Below, one piece after another: positions 22,599 to 24,000 of a DNA stretch of 24,000 bases. The notes beneath the pieces were generated by a model. The model did no database searches, was not told the DNA's origin, and saw only the letters and a program-made list of their open reading frames with translations. The DNA comes from Salmonella phage vB_SEnST11_KE23: sequence record PP856722.1; one strand, given 5' to 3'. The position numbers and the translations under genes are program-made. Position 1 is the first letter of the stretch. Each line of letters starts with the position of its first letter.

Positions 22599-24000
22599 AT
22601 AAAAGGCTTGTTCATACTCGATAACGAGGCCGATGGCCTGTTAGACGAAGTAACGAAGTATCACTGCACCCTGATTAAAGAGTACAGTGTGAATAACTGG
22701 AACCTGTTTCTTGACCCTAAACACCCAGAGTACGAAAGCGCTGTAACATATGCCCGAAGTAAGACGGAAGCCAATCTCACGATCCGCTCATATGACGAGC
22801 TTGAGGCGTTCCTGAAGACTTGCCGTGGTATTGCGTGTCACAACCTGTTTGGTTATGACCTACGACTCTGGAAGAAGCTTTCCGGTATTGAATACAACAT
22901 GTTCAAAGACCCGAAATGTATGGGTACAATCGGTGATGCCCAGGTGAACCTGTACGATACGCTGTCTATGAGTCGTGTGCTTTATCCTGACCGACCATTA
23001 CCAAACGGGTGTCCTGATTCAGTTCTTAACCCAGTTACAGGGAAGCGAGATCGTGTTGGTCCACATGGTTTGATGGCATGGGGTTATCGCGTAGCTAACA
23101 AGAAAGTTCAGATTGACGACTGGCGTAACCAACCCCTTTGGGAGTACGTTAACCGTGTTTGGGAAGACGTGTTGATCAACGAACTGGTGTGGAAAGCCTT
23201 AATCGATGAATCTACAGGTGCTCGCTGGCCTGATGATAAGCAGTTTATGTACACGGACAAACCAGAGGGTATGCGCCAGATTAACTGGAAGAATGCGCTT
23301 CGTCGCCGTATGCTTACCGACTACCTGATGATTGAACAGGAAATCCAAGGCGTTCCGTTTAATAAACATGAGGCTGAAAAACTTCGTGATCGTATCGATG
23401 TGATGATGAAGGAGATTGAAGAAGAGGTTGAACCACTCCTCCCAATGAAGGAGATGACCAAATCTCAACAGCCTAAGTTCCCAGCTAACCCTTTCGATGG
23501 AGCAGGAAATATCTCACATCACGGGTGGAATTGGTTGCAGTACAAATTGGGCTACCCTGTTAACCGAGAGGCTCTGGAATTCAAAGGGCCACCAAAGACA
23601 GCATTCAAGGGGAACGGGGATGTAAGCGCTGCTGGTGAGAGATATTGCATCCAAAACGGTGTTGAAGACCCGGCATTGTTTGGTGATTTCATCAGGGAAC
23701 AACGTAATAAAGAGAACACTCTGGAGCCACTACCACCGGATTTACTGGAGAAGGCCAAAGAAGATCTCAGAGCAGGGAAAATGCCTGACCTGATGGTTCC
23801 GATGAAGATCTCAAACCAAGATGACATCAAGAAGTACCTTATCCGAGATGCAAACTGGAAGCCGACCTTGTGGCGTGTGAAAGATGTGACAAAAGACCAG
23901 TTCAAGAAGGCCAGAACTGATCCAGAGATCGACGAACTTGTCAAGAAATATATCGAAGAACTCGGAGAGTCTGAGTATAAGTCCTTGATTATTGAGCATT
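22599..24000 (+). CDS. T7-type family A DNA polymerase (partial; exonuclease domain and start of polymerase domain)
   Basis: Open frame to the window end. 'LDNEADGLLDEVTKYHC' (Exo I D.E), 'ACHNLFGYDLRLWKKL', 'LYDTLSMSRVLYPD', 'GPHGLMAWGYR' align with T7 gp5. No ATG near the RBS; start could be ATA 22599 or TTG 22608. Confidence 0.88.
   Translation, partial: MKGLFILDNEADGLLDEVTKYHCTLIKEYSVNNWNLFLDPKHPEYESAVTYARSKTEANLTIRSYDELEAFLKTCRGIACHNLFGYDLRLWKKLSGIEYNMFKDPKCMGTIGDAQVNLYDTLSMSRVLYPDRPLPNGCPDSVLNPVTGKRDRVGPHGLMAWGYRVANKKVQIDDWRNQPLWEYVNRVWEDVLINELVWKALIDESTGARWPDDKQFMYTDKPEGMRQINWKNALRRRMLTDYLMIEQEIQGVPFNKHEAEKLRDRIDVMMKEIEEEVEPLLPMKEMTKSQQPKFPANPFDGAGNISHHGWNWLQYKLGYPVNREALEFKGPPKTAFKGNGDVSAAGERYCIQNGVEDPALFGDFIREQRNKENTLEPLPPDLLEKAKEDLRAGKMPDLMVPMKISNQDDIKKYLIRDANWKPTLWRVKDVTKDQFKKARTDPEIDELVKKYIEELGESEYKSLIIEH

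Overview
The window is a tightly packed, all-plus-strand segment of a large tailed-phage genome, probably infecting an enterobacterium (host is inference). Core genes: MoxR-like AAA+ ATPase, RNA ligase, rIIA/rIIB-like pair, Pif1/Dda-like helicase, cytosine-methyltransferase-like protein, TOPRIM primase-helicase (T7 gp4-like), and a T7-type family A DNA polymerase that runs off the right edge and is missing from the supplied ORF track. Accessory genes include a SpoT/Mesh1-like HD hydrolase, a macro-domain protein, a possible DUF2829/Tad2-like protein, a tandem pair of small paralogs, a 'VSGDV'-repeat beta-helix protein, a SleB-like cell-wall hydrolase, a LamG-like protein and three HNH/AP2-type free-standing endonucleases. 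The standout is 8544-10271. It holds the longest non-coding stretch in the window (about 447 nt), which begins with a near-consensus sigma70 promoter (TTGACT-17-TATAGT) followed by a hairpin-rich candidate ncRNA. An 8-10 nt anti-repeat-like segment and a three-repeat type I-E-like mini-CRISPR array (GTGTTCCCCACATATGTGGGGATAAACC, spacers about 30 and 33 nt) come next. They are followed by a TnpB/Cas12-like protein with apparently intact RuvC D/E/D residues and no TnpA or other cas gene in the window. A terminator sits only 15 nt after the tnpB-like stop codon, leaving little room for a canonical 3' omegaRNA plus guide. The combination could be a TnpB nuclease with a relocated guide scaffold and array, a phage mini-array using a host type I-E Cascade, or an RNA anti-CRISPR (Racr-like) decoy. 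These are hypotheses; no database or folding computation was run.
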